Shown: positions 1 through 11,045, counted from the first letter of the stretch. The stretch: DNA of 64,000 bases from an uncultured Desulfobacter sp. (GCA_963665095.1 OY762069.1:1-64000), one strand, 5' to 3'. A program made the numbers and translations. The notes: generated by a model not told the origin, from the letters alone.

Positions 1-87
1 CTTATTATGGGTAGTATTGTGGCGATTCTGTTTGTTGGCGTTATCTTACGGTACGTTTTTAATGCCCCGTTATTCTGGTCGGGATAA
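1..87 (+). pseudogene. Truncated TRAP small permease (DctQ-like), running in from the window edge
   Basis: Frame 1 reads LIMGSIVAILFVGVILRYVFNAPLFWSG*. RYVFNxPxxWS is an N-terminal DctQ motif, but a stop follows at once, just upstream of a dctM-like gene. Confidence 0.7.
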
Positions 88-99
88 AGGGGTGATGGT

Positions 100-1012
100 A
101 TGAATGCGCTGATTCTTATCTCCTTATTAATTGTCCTTATGGCCCTGCGGGTGCCGGTGGTCTTTTCCCTGCTCCTTTCCTGCATGGCCTATGTCCTGTT
201 TATCAAACCCATTCCCATGATTATTTTTGCCCACCGAATGCTGGACAGTTTGGAATCCTTTCCCCTTTTATCGTTGCCGTTGTATATTCTGGCCGCCGAC
301 ATCATGAACTCAGGCCGGATCACCGAGGAGATGTTCCGTTTAGCCCGGTCTTTGGTGGGGCATATCAAAGGGTCCATGGGCCTGGGCCCTGATGACCCCT
401 GTAATTATATTAGGTGGTATCATCAGCGGAGTGTTCACGCCCACGGAAGCCGCTGTGGTGGCGGTGATCTATTCATTTATCATCTCATTTTTCGTCTACA
501 AAAACCTGTGACTTAAAGACCTTTTGCAGATGATGGTTGGCTCGGCCGTAACCTCCGCTCTGATCCTGGTCATCATGGGCGCGGCATCGGTGTTCGGCTG
601 GATCGTTACCATGGAAAACGTTCCAGTCCTGATCCGGGATTTGATCATGTCTGCAACCGACCAGCAGTGGGTGGTTCTGATCATCCTCAATGTTGTGTTC
701 CTGATTGCAGGCTGTTTTTTTGATATCTGTGCCATTATTCTGGTCTTTACCCCCATGATTCTGCCGGTGCTGACCGCCTATCAGATTGATCTGCTCCATT
801 GGGGGGTGGTCGAGGTGCTCAATGTCTGTATCGGATTTCTGACATCGCCTTTTGGGGTAGGCCTGTATGTTCTCAGTGACCTGTCCGGGCTCAGTGTCGG
901 ACAGGTCATGAAAGCCGTGGCGCCTTTTCTTGTGCCGCTTTTGTTCTCTTTGGCCCTAATTACCTTTTTCCCACAGCTGGTACTATGGCTTCCCGACGTC
1001 GTATTTGGATAG
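100..1012 (+). pseudogene. dctM: TRAP large permease DctM pseudogene
   Basis: The N-terminal part (SFPLLSLPLYILA...[10 protein letters not shown]) shifts frame near 381 into [24 protein letters not shown]. An in-frame TGA lies at 509-511, then a DctM C-terminus follows. The total of about 300 codons is shorter than typical DctM. Confidence 0.85.
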
Positions 1013-1030
1013 CTTTTTAAGGAGTATAAA

Positions 1031-2182
1031 ATGAACAGTAAAGAACGATTCATCACTGCTATAAATCATGAAGAACCGGACCGTGTGCCGCTGGATTTAG
1101 GGGGATGGGTTACCACCATAAGCGTCAAAACCTATGATCGTCTGCTCAGAAGGCTTGGGTTTGACAGAAAAGGAGAGGTGTTTGACTGGCTCAGGCAGAA
1201 TGTCAAACCCGAAGAGGATGTGCTGGAACAACTGGGGGTGGATACCCGGTATGTGCACCTGGGTGAGCCTGAGGGGTGGAAGTTTGCACCTGAAGAGACT
1301 GATAAGGGGCTCTGGGTCCGGGATGAGTGGGGATGCGGCTTTCTCAAGCCGGAATCCTCGCTGTATTACAACCTCATGGAGAGCCCTTTGAAAAATGCCA
1401 CCATTGATGATCTGGACAGCTATGCCTGGCCAGACCCAGATGACCCTGGATATATTCAAGGCATTGAAGAACAGGCTTGTCGTCTTGCCAGGTAGAATAC
1501 CCATGCGGTGATTGGCAACTTTGCCTGGGAATCCTGGTTTGAACGGGCATGGAAACTAAGGGCCATGGACCGGTTTTACATGGACATGGTGGCAGATAAA
1601 GAGTTTATAAACGTACTGCTGGACAAGACCGTATCCATCCATCTAAGATTATTGGATAAGGTGCTGAAAGTCTGCGGCGATCACCTTGACGTTATCATCC
1701 AGGGCGGGGACCTGGCCGGCCAGAACACCACCCTTATGTCACCGGACACCTATCGGGAGTTCATTAAACCCCGCCAGGAAAAAGTAATAGGGTTTATCAA
1801 AGAAAGAACCCGGGCAAAAGTTTTCTGGCACTCTTGCGGAGCCGTATCGAGTCTGATAGATGATTTTATTGATGTCGGCATTGATATCCTAAACCCTGTT
1901 CAGGTTCGTGCCCAGGGAATGGATGCCGCCGGATTAAAAAAACGGTATGGGAAAAATATAGTTTTCTGGGGGGGGATTGATTCACAAAAAATTCTGCCCA
2001 ACGGTACAGCGGCCGATGTGGAAAACGAAGTGAAACACCTGATCTCTGCAGCCGGTTACGGTGGCGGGCTGGTGGTCTGCGCTGTTCACAATATCCAGGC
2101 CGATGTGCCGGAGGAGAATGTCATTGCCCTGTACGATTCAGTTAAAAAATGGGGCAATTATCCTCTTGCTGTGAGCGGATAA
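1031..2182 (+). pseudogene. Uroporphyrinogen decarboxylase / MtaA-CmuA-like family protein interrupted by an in-frame TAG at 1493-1495
   Basis: The start MNSKERFITAINHEEPDRVP and the motifs DEWG, HSCG, GGIDSQ and HNIQ fit the family. ORFs 1031-1495 and 1508-2182 are in the same frame. Confidence 0.8.
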
Positions 2183-2215
2183 AATTATTGAGGATGAATA
2201 AATGAGGAGAACACT

Positions 2216-2758
2216 GTGGTCGAAGGCCAAAGAATAAAGATATACCGGGAAAAACGAGGCTTATCGCTAAGAAAATTGGCAGGCATGTCGGACATTTCAC
2301 CCAGCATGCTCAGCCAGATCGAATCCGGCAAGGTGGACCCCTCCCTGTCCACCTTGAAAAAAATTGCCATAAGCCTGGATGTCCCGCTTTTTTTCTTGGT
2401 CCTGGACAGTTCAGAACCCACCCACAAAAAAGTCACACTGGCCGATGCCCGGCTGGCACTTTTTCCCAATGACGGATTGGAATACAAGATTCTGCATTCA
2501 GACCCCAAAGACAAAATGGGAATCCTTCTGGGAACACTACAAAAAGACGGATCAACCAGCAATGACCTTCTAAGTCACGACGGCGAAGAGTGCCTGATCA
2601 TTCTGGAGGGTGAACTGGAGTTGGTATTTGAACATGAAACCATCACCTTGAAACTGGGTGAGAGTATCTATTTTGACAGTTCCATTCCCCATAAACTGCA
2701 GAACGTAAAACCATCTAAGTGCCGATTTTACCTGATTATCACACCACCGAAATTTTAA
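2216..2758 (+). CDS. XRE-family HTH plus cupin transcriptional regulator
   Basis: HTH LSLRKLA...SMLSQIESGKVDPS; cupin motifs HDGEE and FDSSIPH; AGGAG upstream of the GTG start. Confidence 0.9.
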   Translation: MVEGQRIKIYREKRGLSLRKLAGMSDISPSMLSQIESGKVDPSLSTLKKIAISLDVPLFFLVLDSSEPTHKKVTLADARLALFPNDGLEYKILHSDPKDKMGILLGTLQKDGSTSNDLLSHDGEECLIILEGELELVFEHETITLKLGESIYFDSSIPHKLQNVKPSKCRFYLIITPPKF

Positions 2759-2777
2759 CGGATTTTAAGGAGATATT

Positions 2778-4121
2778 TTGAGTCAGATCCGGTTTCAACA
2801 AGATTTACGGGCCAGGGCAACAGCCATTTTTAATAAGGCCATTCAGGCCGTCAGTCCGGAGGGGTGCGTCTCCCGGGCTCTTCATCTGCAGGGCAGGGTG
2901 CTGTCCATAGGGCCAACAAAAATTGATCTGGACAGTGTTGACCGTATTTTTCTGATCGGTGCAGGCAAGGCTTCAGCTGCCATGGCCAGGCAGGCAGAGC
3001 AAATTCTGGGAGATCTAATCCATGACGGCCTGGTGATCACCAAGACCGGCCACTCAATCCCCCTTAAAAGGTGCCGGGTGATGGAGTCGAGTCATCCAAT
3101 ACCGGATCACCAGGGGGAAATTGCAGCCGCAGCCATGCTGGACCTGACCTCCCGGGCAACCGACAGGGATCTGGTTCTTGCCCTGATATCAGGAGGGGCG
3201 TCCGCCCTGGCCCCGGCGCCGGCCCAGGGCATCACCCTTGCAGATAAACAGGAGACAACCCGGATACTGCTTGAATGCGGCGCCGATATCCATGAAATTA
3301 ATACCATCCGGAAGCATCTGTCCCGGATCAAAGGCGGACAGCTCTGTTCTCATGCCAATGGCGCCCGAATCATGACCCTGATTCTCTCCGATGTGATCGG
3401 GGATGACCTGGACATCATAGGCTCGGGCATGACCGCACCGGATATGAGTTATTTTAAGGACTGTAAGATCATTTTTGGTAAATACGGCATCTGGGAAAAG
3501 GTGCCGGCCCCGGTGCATAACCGGATACAAAAAGGTGTTGACGGACAGATCCAGGAGACACCGAAGAGGGATTCGGCTGAATTTTTCAAGGTTGAGAATT
3601 TCATTGTGGGCAGTCTTTCCAACGCTTTATCAGCCGCTGAAAAAGAGGCGTCCCGTCTTGGATTTTCACCGATTGTTCTCTCCTCCATGATCCAGGGAGA
3701 GGCCCGGGAGGTGGCAAAGGTGTTGTGTGCTGTGGCCAAAGAGGTCCGTCTATCCGGGCAACCCATTGCAGCTCCCGCCTGCATTCTTTCCGGCGGAGAG
3801 ACCACCGTCACTCTGAAAGGAAACGGCAAGGGTGGGCGAAATATGGAGCTTGCACTTTCTGCTGCCATTGAACTGGATAACCAGCCCCAAATTTTAATGC
3901 TGTCCGCAGGTACAGATGGAACGGACGGGCCCACAGACGCAGCCGGTGCGTTTGTCTGGGGCGCAACCCTGGATCTGGCCCGGCAGCAGGGATTGTCAGC
4001 CCAGACATATCTTGATGCCAACAACGCCTATGAATTTTTTGCGCCCTTGCAGGACCTTTTCATCACCGGCCCCACACGCACCAATGTCATGGACCTTCAG
4101 ATCATACTGATTGAAGGATAG
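2778..4121 (+). CDS. Glycerate 2-kinase (TtuD/MOFRL family)
   Basis: Motifs GAGKAS, LISGGASAL, SDVIGD, GGETTV, GGRN, GTDGTDG and TGPTRTNVMD. Confidence 0.92.
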   Translation: MSQIRFQQDLRARATAIFNKAIQAVSPEGCVSRALHLQGRVLSIGPTKIDLDSVDRIFLIGAGKASAAMARQAEQILGDLIHDGLVITKTGHSIPLKRCRVMESSHPIPDHQGEIAAAAMLDLTSRATDRDLVLALISGGASALAPAPAQGITLADKQETTRILLECGADIHEINTIRKHLSRIKGGQLCSHANGARIMTLILSDVIGDDLDIIGSGMTAPDMSYFKDCKIIFGKYGIWEKVPAPVHNRIQKGVDGQIQETPKRDSAEFFKVENFIVGSLSNALSAAEKEASRLGFSPIVLSSMIQGEAREVAKVLCAVAKEVRLSGQPIAAPACILSGGETTVTLKGNGKGGRNMELALSAAIELDNQPQILMLSAGTDGTDGPTDAAGAFVWGATLDLARQQGLSAQTYLDANNAYEFFAPLQDLFITGPTRTNVMDLQIILIEG

Positions 4122-4264
4122 ACGCATCTCATGTCCCTGCCGGTCCTTTTACAAAATTTTAGACAATTTTTCAGCCTTCCCTTCAGTCATTGGCAGGTAA
4201 ACGGTGGCATTTGTCCCCAAACCGGTCCCGGCAGGAATTCTGGAGTGCCGGGTGAGGATGGTAC

Positions 4265-4990
4265 ATGGAATTGATCTCGCCGGAGAAAGATCCTCTGGGC
4301 CGGATGCTGGCTGACTTTCTGGCAGGGGAGAAAAAAGCCTATGCCATGGTGGAAACGTCGGATTTTGAGATGTCAAAAATGACCGGGGATCTGATGTTTC
4401 GGACCTGGGACCGGATGGATGCCCTGGAGAAAAAAGCATTGAACCTGTGCAGGGGAAAGGTGCTGGATATCGGTGCCGGCAGCGGCTGCCACAGCCTGGT
4501 TCTGCAGGACAGAGGCATTGATGTGACTGCCATGGATATTTCTCCGGGCTGCGTGGACGTCATGGAGAAACAGGGTATCAGGCAGGTCTGCCAGGACAGT
4601 CTTTTCAGCCATGAAGACGGTCCCTACGACACGTTACTGATGCTCATGAACGGTATTGGATTATGTGGCAGCATTGAAGGTCTCAATCTCTTTTTCCAAC
4701 AAGCAAAGGACCTTTTGAAATCAGGCGGGCAGATTCTGGCCGATTCAACCGACCTGGCCTCAGCCTATACCGCCTCCATGGCCGCAAGCCCGGATGATGA
4801 CCACTACTTTGGCGAAACCTGGTTTTCCCTGTCCTACAAAGGGATTGTCAGCGACCCCTTTGACTGGCTCTATATCGACTTTTCCACCCTGGCTTTTTAC
4901 GCTGAATTTCATGGCTGGTGCTGCACCCGGATTTTTAAGGCGGAAGAGGGACGATATTTGGCAAAGCTGTATCAACACCCGAATTGGTAG
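4265..4990 (+). CDS. Class I SAM-dependent methyltransferase
   Basis: Motif I VLDIGAGSG, plus LMLMNGIG and WLYID. Confidence 0.85.
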   Translation: MELISPEKDPLGRMLADFLAGEKKAYAMVETSDFEMSKMTGDLMFRTWDRMDALEKKALNLCRGKVLDIGAGSGCHSLVLQDRGIDVTAMDISPGCVDVMEKQGIRQVCQDSLFSHEDGPYDTLLMLMNGIGLCGSIEGLNLFFQQAKDLLKSGGQILADSTDLASAYTASMAASPDDDHYFGETWFSLSYKGIVSDPFDWLYIDFSTLAFYAEFHGWCCTRIFKAEEGRYLAKLYQHPNW

Positions 4991-5053
4991 AGAATGGTTA
5001 GGTAAATCATTCGATCAGACCTTAAAATAAATCCCGTTGGCCGGCATTTTTTT

Positions 5054-7789
5054 TTAAGATGTTAAAAAATCTTTTGACCGAATCAGGCGCACCGCATCAA
5101 GGCGGACTCTAAGACCGGATAATAGTGCGGTTAGCGCCTCAAGTTCCGCCCGGGCCGCCTCAATCTCGCTGTCTGTAATACCAGGATTGACTTTTTTAAG
5201 GCTAACAAGACGCTCAATTTCATTTCCAAGGGTTTTATTCAAAGCGGTAACAGACTCATCACGCATGACACAGGCTTTTTCTTCGGCCACTGTCCGGGAC
5301 TGGTCAATGAGCAAGGGAAGCACTTTTGTCTTAACAAGGTCCATCTCCAGAAACCAGCCGGGCTGATCTGTCCTGAGATGGTCATAAAAATCTTTGTCCG
5401 TAAAATGGCACTGGGCACCGGTATGATCCAGCAGAATGTGGATGGGGGTGGACCGGATGAATTCAAAGGCGGTTGGGAAATTTTCAATGCCTGGAATTTC
5501 CGGAATATACAGGGTCTCAAGGAAAAGTGCCTGGGCATGTCTGCCGGACCTGAATCCACCAGGACAGGACCCGTCATAACAGGCAACGGCAGAACAACCG
5601 GCCTCACGGGTCAGAAAAAAATCCATGACCCGGGAAACAAAGGGGTGATCCCAGGTTAAAAAGGTCAGCTCCTCCCTGGCAACAGCTGTGGCCCGGTCAA
5701 AGGTAACGGCTCTGGTATCCTGGGACAGCACCGGAAAGCTGTCGTCTGCCAGACGGTCCTGGTACAAGGTATAAATTTTTTCGCAAGGTTTGTCCGCGAC
5801 CAGATTCAGGTCAACCCCGTAATGGTCCAGAAGGCGTTCCATCAGATTTTCCAGGCCGGATTCGCTGTCCATCTTTTTGATGGTGTTTACAAGGTCCCTG
5901 GCAGGTTCAGCTTTGAAAGAGTTCAGTGCCACAAGCTGATGCCGGCCTCTGTCCAGTCGTTCCTGAACGGTGCGGGTGTATTGATCGGCTTCGTTGATCA
6001 GGGCATCAAGGGCGTAATGATCGATATCTCCTTTGGTCCGGGCGTTGTTGATCAGACCTGTTAGCCGTGCCTCAAACCGGGAGAAGATGCTGTGGATACC
6101 GTTAAGATTCTGTCTGAAAAGGGGTAGACCTTCCGCATACCACCGGGCCAGGATTTCCTGATCTGTGCCCATAATATAAGGAACATGGATCTGGATCGTA
6201 TTTTTCTGGCCAATGCGGTCCAGGCGCCCGATCCGCTGTTCCAGAAGTTCGGGATTCAATGGCAGGTCAAAAAGAAACAGGTGATGAACAAACTGGAAAT
6301 TCCGGCCTTCACTGCCTATTTCCGAACAGATCAGCAGTCTGGCTCCCTCGGCCTGTGCAAACCAGGCAGCCTGGCGGTCCCGGTGAAGCAGGCCCATGGT
6401 TTCATCAAACCGGGCCGTGTCCACGGCCATGTGGGTTTTAAGGGCCACATCAATGGCTTCAGCCTTTTCCGGGCTGGCACAGATGACCAGAATTTTTTCG
6501 GGCTTAAGATTTTTTACCAGCCCTGCCAGGCAAATTACCCTGGGATCCTGACAAAGATCTGTGTCCGGGCCTGTAAAGGAATCAGCAGCGCCGGCCAGGG
6601 GGAGGAGAAAGGTCTTTCGATCCGGAAACCCCTTGATCACGGCACGCCGGTTCCTGAACACCACGCGGCCGGGCCCAAAAGTATCCAGAAGTCTGTCCAC
6701 AGATTCCCCCCGGGCCAGAAGCGTCCGTGCTTTTTCCGCCGTTTTTTCCCAGGTTTTGCTCTCTTCTTCCCAGGCGTTCTCATCAAAATACCGGTCTGGA
6801 TCCAGGAGCCTGAGCTGGGCAAAATTCGCCGTTGTACCCATTTGCTCAGGTGTGGCAGAGACCAGCATCAGCCCCCGGGTCCTGGTGCCCAGGATTTGAA
6901 TAAAGGTATAAAATTCAGGTGTATCAAAAATATGGTGGGCCTCGTCCATGACCACCATGTCCCAGCCTGCCTTTAGCACAAGGTCCTGGAGGTGCGCATC
7001 TTTTCGGACCGTGCTGTAATTTATAATTCCCTGCTGGTCATCCAGAAAAGGATTGGTGTTTGGGTCTTCTTTTAACGCCCCGGCACAGTGGGACTGGTCA
7101 AAAATTCTGAAGTTAAGATTAAATTTGCGGTAAAGTTCAATGAACCACTGGTGGACCAGGGCATCCGGCACAATCACCAGAACCCGTCGGGCCGTTCCCA
7201 AGGTCAGCATCCTGTGCAGGATCAGGCCTGCCTCAATGGTTTTTCCAAGCCCTGTTTCATCGGACAGCATCACCCGGGGAAGATACCTGCGGCTGACCTC
7301 CCTGGCAATATATAACTGGTGGGGGATCAGATCCACCTGCCCCCCTAAAAACCCCCGGACACCTGAACTTTGATACAGGCTGTGCTTAAACCGGATCTCT
7401 TTTCTTAAATCAAAGAATGTATTGGTCTGGGCAAACCCGGATAAAAGCCGGTCCTGGGGCAAAGAAAGATCCATAAACGGGGCCAGATCCGTTTCGCAGA
7501 CCGCTATCCCTTCCCCGATATAGGTTAAAAGACCCTGTTTCTCCTGAACCCGGGTGATGTGAAACTTTTTGTTTCCGCAGGTTGTGGCCTTCTCTTCTGG
7601 GCCGAATTTTATCCGTCTGACAGGTGCTGACGCGATACTGTAGAGGCGAGAGCAATTTGCACCTGGAAACTCTATTTTCATGGTCCGCCGGTCATGGGAA
7701 ACCAAAATCCCCAGTCCCAGTTCGGGTTCTGCTTTGGACATCCAGCGCTGCCCGGTGCATAGGTTGTATTCAAGGCTTTTTGAATTCAT
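5054..7789 (-). CDS. rapA: RNA polymerase-associated SNF2 ATPase RapA/HepA
   Basis: N-terminal GQRWMS..EPELGLG; Walker A DETGLGKT; DEAH; SEIGSEGRNFQF; EQRIGRLDRIGQ; FLTWDHP. Confidence 0.93.
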   Translation of the reverse strand: MNSKSLEYNLCTGQRWMSKAEPELGLGILVSHDRRTMKIEFPGANCSRLYSIASAPVRRIKFGPEEKATTCGNKKFHITRVQEKQGLLTYIGEGIAVCETDLAPFMDLSLPQDRLLSGFAQTNTFFDLRKEIRFKHSLYQSSGVRGFLGGQVDLIPHQLYIAREVSRRYLPRVMLSDETGLGKTIEAGLILHRMLTLGTARRVLVIVPDALVHQWFIELYRKFNLNFRIFDQSHCAGALKEDPNTNPFLDDQQGIINYSTVRKDAHLQDLVLKAGWDMVVMDEAHHIFDTPEFYTFIQILGTRTRGLMLVSATPEQMGTTANFAQLRLLDPDRYFDENAWEEESKTWEKTAEKARTLLARGESVDRLLDTFGPGRVVFRNRRAVIKGFPDRKTFLLPLAGAADSFTGPDTDLCQDPRVICLAGLVKNLKPEKILVICASPEKAEAIDVALKTHMAVDTARFDETMGLLHRDRQAAWFAQAEGARLLICSEIGSEGRNFQFVHHLFLFDLPLNPELLEQRIGRLDRIGQKNTIQIHVPYIMGTDQEILARWYAEGLPLFRQNLNGIHSIFSRFEARLTGLINNARTKGDIDHYALDALINEADQYTRTVQERLDRGRHQLVALNSFKAEPARDLVNTIKKMDSESGLENLMERLLDHYGVDLNLVADKPCEKIYTLYQDRLADDSFPVLSQDTRAVTFDRATAVAREELTFLTWDHPFVSRVMDFFLTREAGCSAVACYDGSCPGGFRSGRHAQALFLETLYIPEIPGIENFPTAFEFIRSTPIHILLDHTGAQCHFTDKDFYDHLRTDQPGWFLEMDLVKTKVLPLLIDQSRTVAEEKACVMRDESVTALNKTLGNEIERLVSLKKVNPGITDSEIEAARAELEALTALLSGLRVRLDAVRLIRSKDFLTS

Positions 7790-7895
7790 GGGTGTGACTT
7801 TGAAGGGATTATGCTTAAAAAAAATCAGACTTATGGCACAAAAAGGGCACCAGGGTCAAGGCGTAAGATCGTTTTGTTTCTTTTATAACGCAGGG

Positions 7896-8531
7896 CTAAT
7901 TACTATCCAGGGCCAGTTTAAAGCCAAATCCAATGAACACAATTCCAGACAGCTTTTGCAGTATCATTTCGATCCTGTGATTTTCCCGCAGGGTTTTAGT
8001 CATCCGGCCGGCTGCTCCGGTCAGGATTAACAGCCATATGGAACTGGTGCCGACAAACGTTGCCCCAAGCAACAGAAAGGGCAGCGGTCCCAACGCTTTA
8101 GCAGGGTCAATGAATTGGGGAAGAAAGGATAAAAAGAACAAGGCCACCTTGGGGTTCAGCACGTTGGTGATAATGCCCTGGCGGTATATGACGGACAACT
8201 TATGTCCAGTACCATGATCTTTGCCCGCACCGTCAAATGCCGATGATTTTGTCATAAGCGTTTTAATCCCCATATAGATCAGATACAGGGCGCCAGCCCA
8301 CTTGACCAGGTGAAAAGCCAAAGCAGAGGTGGATAAAATCACGGATAATCCAAAGGCTGTGCACAGCACATGCACCACACAGCCTGTGGTGATGCCGGCT
8401 GCCGAAACAAGTCCGGCGGTCCGTCCCTGGGCCACGCACCGGGTCAGCACATAAAAGGTATCCACCCCTGGCGTCAGGTTCAGGATTACCGCGGCAATAA
8501 TAAAGCCTGTATAATTATCTATTCCAAACAT
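7896..8531 (-). CDS. LysE/RhtB family translocator
   Basis: Motifs LTPGVD and NVLNPKVALFF in a hydrophobic protein. Confidence 0.92.
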   Translation of the reverse strand: MFGIDNYTGFIIAAVILNLTPGVDTFYVLTRCVAQGRTAGLVSAAGITTGCVVHVLCTAFGLSVILSTSALAFHLVKWAGALYLIYMGIKTLMTKSSAFDGAGKDHGTGHKLSVIYRQGIITNVLNPKVALFFLSFLPQFIDPAKALGPLPFLLLGATFVGTSSIWLLILTGAAGRMTKTLRENHRIEMILQKLSGIVFIGFGFKLALDSN

Positions 8532-8820
8532 GATGACATGAATTTATCCCATGTCCCTATGGATTTCAAATGGTATTTGGTGCACCTTGAACCGCGTTTT
8601 ATGGGCAGTTCTCGTAATTGGATAAAAATTTAATTTGCAAGCCGGAAGAAAAGCTGTGCTCAGATATTCAATATATGCTTATGGTTAAAATCCTATCGGG
8701 TTTGAATCCAAATCAAGACTTTTTTTGAACAAACACTATTAAATTTTCGTACCGTAATAAGGAGAGAGATATTTGTCTTCGTTATGTCATAAATGTCAAT
8801 ACGTCAATGATTTTAAATAG

Positions 8821-8850
8821 TTGACTTGAAATTTCCCTTGGGTTTATTAT
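8821..8850 (+). promoter_or_regulatory. Putative sigma70 promoter of aor
   Basis: TTGACT-N18-TATTAT, about 80 bp upstream of the start codon. Confidence 0.45.
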
Positions 8851-8927
8851 ATCGGATAAGTAAAATTTTTACTGGTCCGGGGATGCTGTATATCGTCGGA
8901 TGAAATGAGCAAAACAAAGGAGTAGTT

Positions 8928-10655
8928 ATGTCAAAAATTTTAAGAATCAATACCCGGACAAAAGACTATACTTTCGAAACCCCGGCCGAGGAACTTGCAG
9001 GTCTTGGCGGACGGGCACTGACTTCCAAAATGGTGTTAAATGAAGTGCCGGCCAATTGTCATCCCCTGGGCCGGGATAATAAACTGATTTTCGCCCCGGG
9101 CCTTCTGTCCGGTTCTCCGGCTGCCAACTCCGGACGCCTGTCTGTGGGATCCAAATCCCCTTTAACCGGCGGGATTAAGGAGAGCAACGCCGGCGGGCTC
9201 ATGTCCCAGAAACTGGCGCGTCTCGGCATCAAGGCAATTGTACTTGAAGACAAGCCCGAGAGCGAAGACTATTCAATGATTGTCATTAAAAAGGACAGTG
9301 TTGAAATCCTTCCGGCTGATGAGTACCTCACTGTGAAAAACGGCGATATTATTCCCCAACTCTGGGACCGTTTTGGAAAGCGCGTGGCCACGGCAAGTAT
9401 CGGTCCGGCCGGTGAACAGCGCCTGACAGCGGCCTCCATTCATTTTGCTGATCCCAAGGGCCATGCCGGTCGTGCTGCCGGTCGTGGCGGACTTGGTGCT
9501 GTTATGGGGTCCAAGAAAATCAAGGCCATTGTGGTGGATGACAAAGAAACAGACCGCCTGGCCCTTAGTGATCCTGATGCATTTAAAGCCGCCAATAAAA
9601 AATGGTCAAACCTGTTGACCTCCCATCCGGTATCCGGCCAGGGCCTTCCAGGCTTTGGCACAGCGGTACTGGTGAACGTGATCAATGAAGCAGGGGCTCT
9701 TCCCACAAAGAATTTCAGGAACGGCCGGTTTGAGCATGCCAAGGATATCAGCGGGGAAACCATGTCTGAAAATATTGAAAAGCGGGGCGGGATTGTGGCA
9801 GAAGGATGTCACCCGGGCTGCGTAATCAAATGTTCCCAGACATACCATGACAAGGACAACAATTTTCTGACCTCCGGGTTTGAGTATGAAACCATCTGGG
9901 CCTTTGGTGCGCACTGCCTGATTAAAGACCTGGATGACATAGCCATGATGGACCGGCTGTGTGATGATTTAGGTCTTGATACCATTGAGACGGGCGTTGC
10001 CATGGGCGTTGCCATGGAAGGCGGGCTGATTCCCTGGGGTGACGGAAAGGCTGCCATTGAACTTTTGGAAAAAGTGGGCACCGGTGATCCCGTGGGGAAA
10101 ATTCTTGGAAACGGGGCTGCATTCATCGGTCAGGCCTTAGGGGTGGACAGGGTGCCTGTGGTAAAACGCCAGGCATTGCCGGCCTATGATCCCCGGTCCG
10201 TGAAAGCTGTGGGCGTCACCTATGCCACAACCCCCATGGGTGCGGATCATACTGCCGGATACGGGGTCTGCCAGAATGTATTGAGTGTGGGCGGTACTGT
10301 GGATCCTTTAAAGAAGGAAGGCAACGTGGAAACCAGCAAGAATCTGCAAATCGCCACCGCTGCCATCGATGCCACAGGCCTGTGCCTGTTTGTGGCCTTC
10401 CCGGTTCTGGACGATGCCGAAGGCCTGCAGATGGTTGTGGACATGATCAATGCCATGTACGGCATCTCCCTGACCACGGATGATGTGGTGGCACTTGGCA
10501 TCTCCATTCTCAAGGACGAGCTGGAATTCAACCGCAGAGCAGGATTCACGCCCAAAGACGACCGGCTCCCCGAAATGTTCAAGGAACCTGTGGCACCCCA
10601 CAACACCACCTGGGATTTCACAGATGAGGAACTGGCTGAAGCCATCAAATATTAA
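8928..10655 (+). CDS. aor: Aldehyde:ferredoxin oxidoreductase (W/Mo-pterin AOR family)
   Basis: Motifs KSPLTGGIKESNAGG, AGRGGLGAVMGSK, CHPGCVIKC, EYET, DDLGLDTI, YDPR and GADHT. Confidence 0.95.
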   Translation: MSKILRINTRTKDYTFETPAEELAGLGGRALTSKMVLNEVPANCHPLGRDNKLIFAPGLLSGSPAANSGRLSVGSKSPLTGGIKESNAGGLMSQKLARLGIKAIVLEDKPESEDYSMIVIKKDSVEILPADEYLTVKNGDIIPQLWDRFGKRVATASIGPAGEQRLTAASIHFADPKGHAGRAAGRGGLGAVMGSKKIKAIVVDDKETDRLALSDPDAFKAANKKWSNLLTSHPVSGQGLPGFGTAVLVNVINEAGALPTKNFRNGRFEHAKDISGETMSENIEKRGGIVAEGCHPGCVIKCSQTYHDKDNNFLTSGFEYETIWAFGAHCLIKDLDDIAMMDRLCDDLGLDTIETGVAMGVAMEGGLIPWGDGKAAIELLEKVGTGDPVGKILGNGAAFIGQALGVDRVPVVKRQALPAYDPRSVKAVGVTYATTPMGADHTAGYGVCQNVLSVGGTVDPLKKEGNVETSKNLQIATAAIDATGLCLFVAFPVLDDAEGLQMVVDMINAMYGISLTTDDVVALGISILKDELEFNRRAGFTPKDDRLPEMFKEPVAPHNTTWDFTDEELAEAIKY

Positions 10656-10670
10656 TTGGATCTGACATTG

Positions 10671-10699
10671 TTCCGGGGCGGCAATCTGTCGTCCCGGAA
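10671..10699 (+). terminator. Hairpin after aor
   Basis: Imperfect inverted repeat TTCCGGGGCGGCA...TGTCGTCCCGGAA. Confidence 0.5.
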
Positions 10700-10739
10700 T
10701 CATATAAAACCCTTTTGTGATAGAAATTAAACGTTTGCC

Positions 10740-11045
10740 ATGGGATCTGTCCTTTTCAACGCATTTTCATTCCTTCAAAAAAAATTAAAAAACCGGCAGA
10801 TTCCCTGTGTGGATGCTGCCATTGAAATAGAAGACGGACAAACTGTAGCTCAGTTCCTGGATGGTCTTGGACTCAGTTCAAAGGACGTGGAAGGGGTGTT
10901 TGTCAACGGCCGGATCTCCCCCTTGGACACCCGGCTTTACGATAAGGACCGGGTTGCCTTATTACCGCCTGGAACGCCGGGGCCATATCGGCTTCTCCTT
11001 GGACTTGTCTCGTCATCGGGCAAAAAACAAAACAGCGATAAATGA
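10740..11045 (+). CDS. MoaD/ThiS-like beta-grasp protein lacking a terminal Gly-Gly
   Basis: VFVNGR...LYDKDRVALLPPGTPGPYR core followed by a C-terminal extension. Confidence 0.8.
   Translation: MGSVLFNAFSFLQKKLKNRQIPCVDAAIEIEDGQTVAQFLDGLGLSSKDVEGVFVNGRISPLDTRLYDKDRVALLPPGTPGPYRLLLGLVSSSGKKQNSDK

Noticed and set aside
509..511. In-frame TGA in dctM read as selenocysteine
   Set aside because: It lies in a loop of a transporter gene that is already frameshifted, and no SECIS-like hairpin is evident.
1493..1495. In-frame TAG read as pyrrolysine recoding
   Set aside because: Pyl is characteristic of MtmB/MtbB/MttB, not UroD/MtaA proteins. The window has no pyl genes, and the adjacent genes are clearly decayed, so a nonsense mutation is the simpler explanation.
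8780..8810. GTCA repeats upstream of aor considered as a tungstate/molybdate regulator box
   Set aside because: They do not fit a ModE-type palindrome that I can support and are too short to call.
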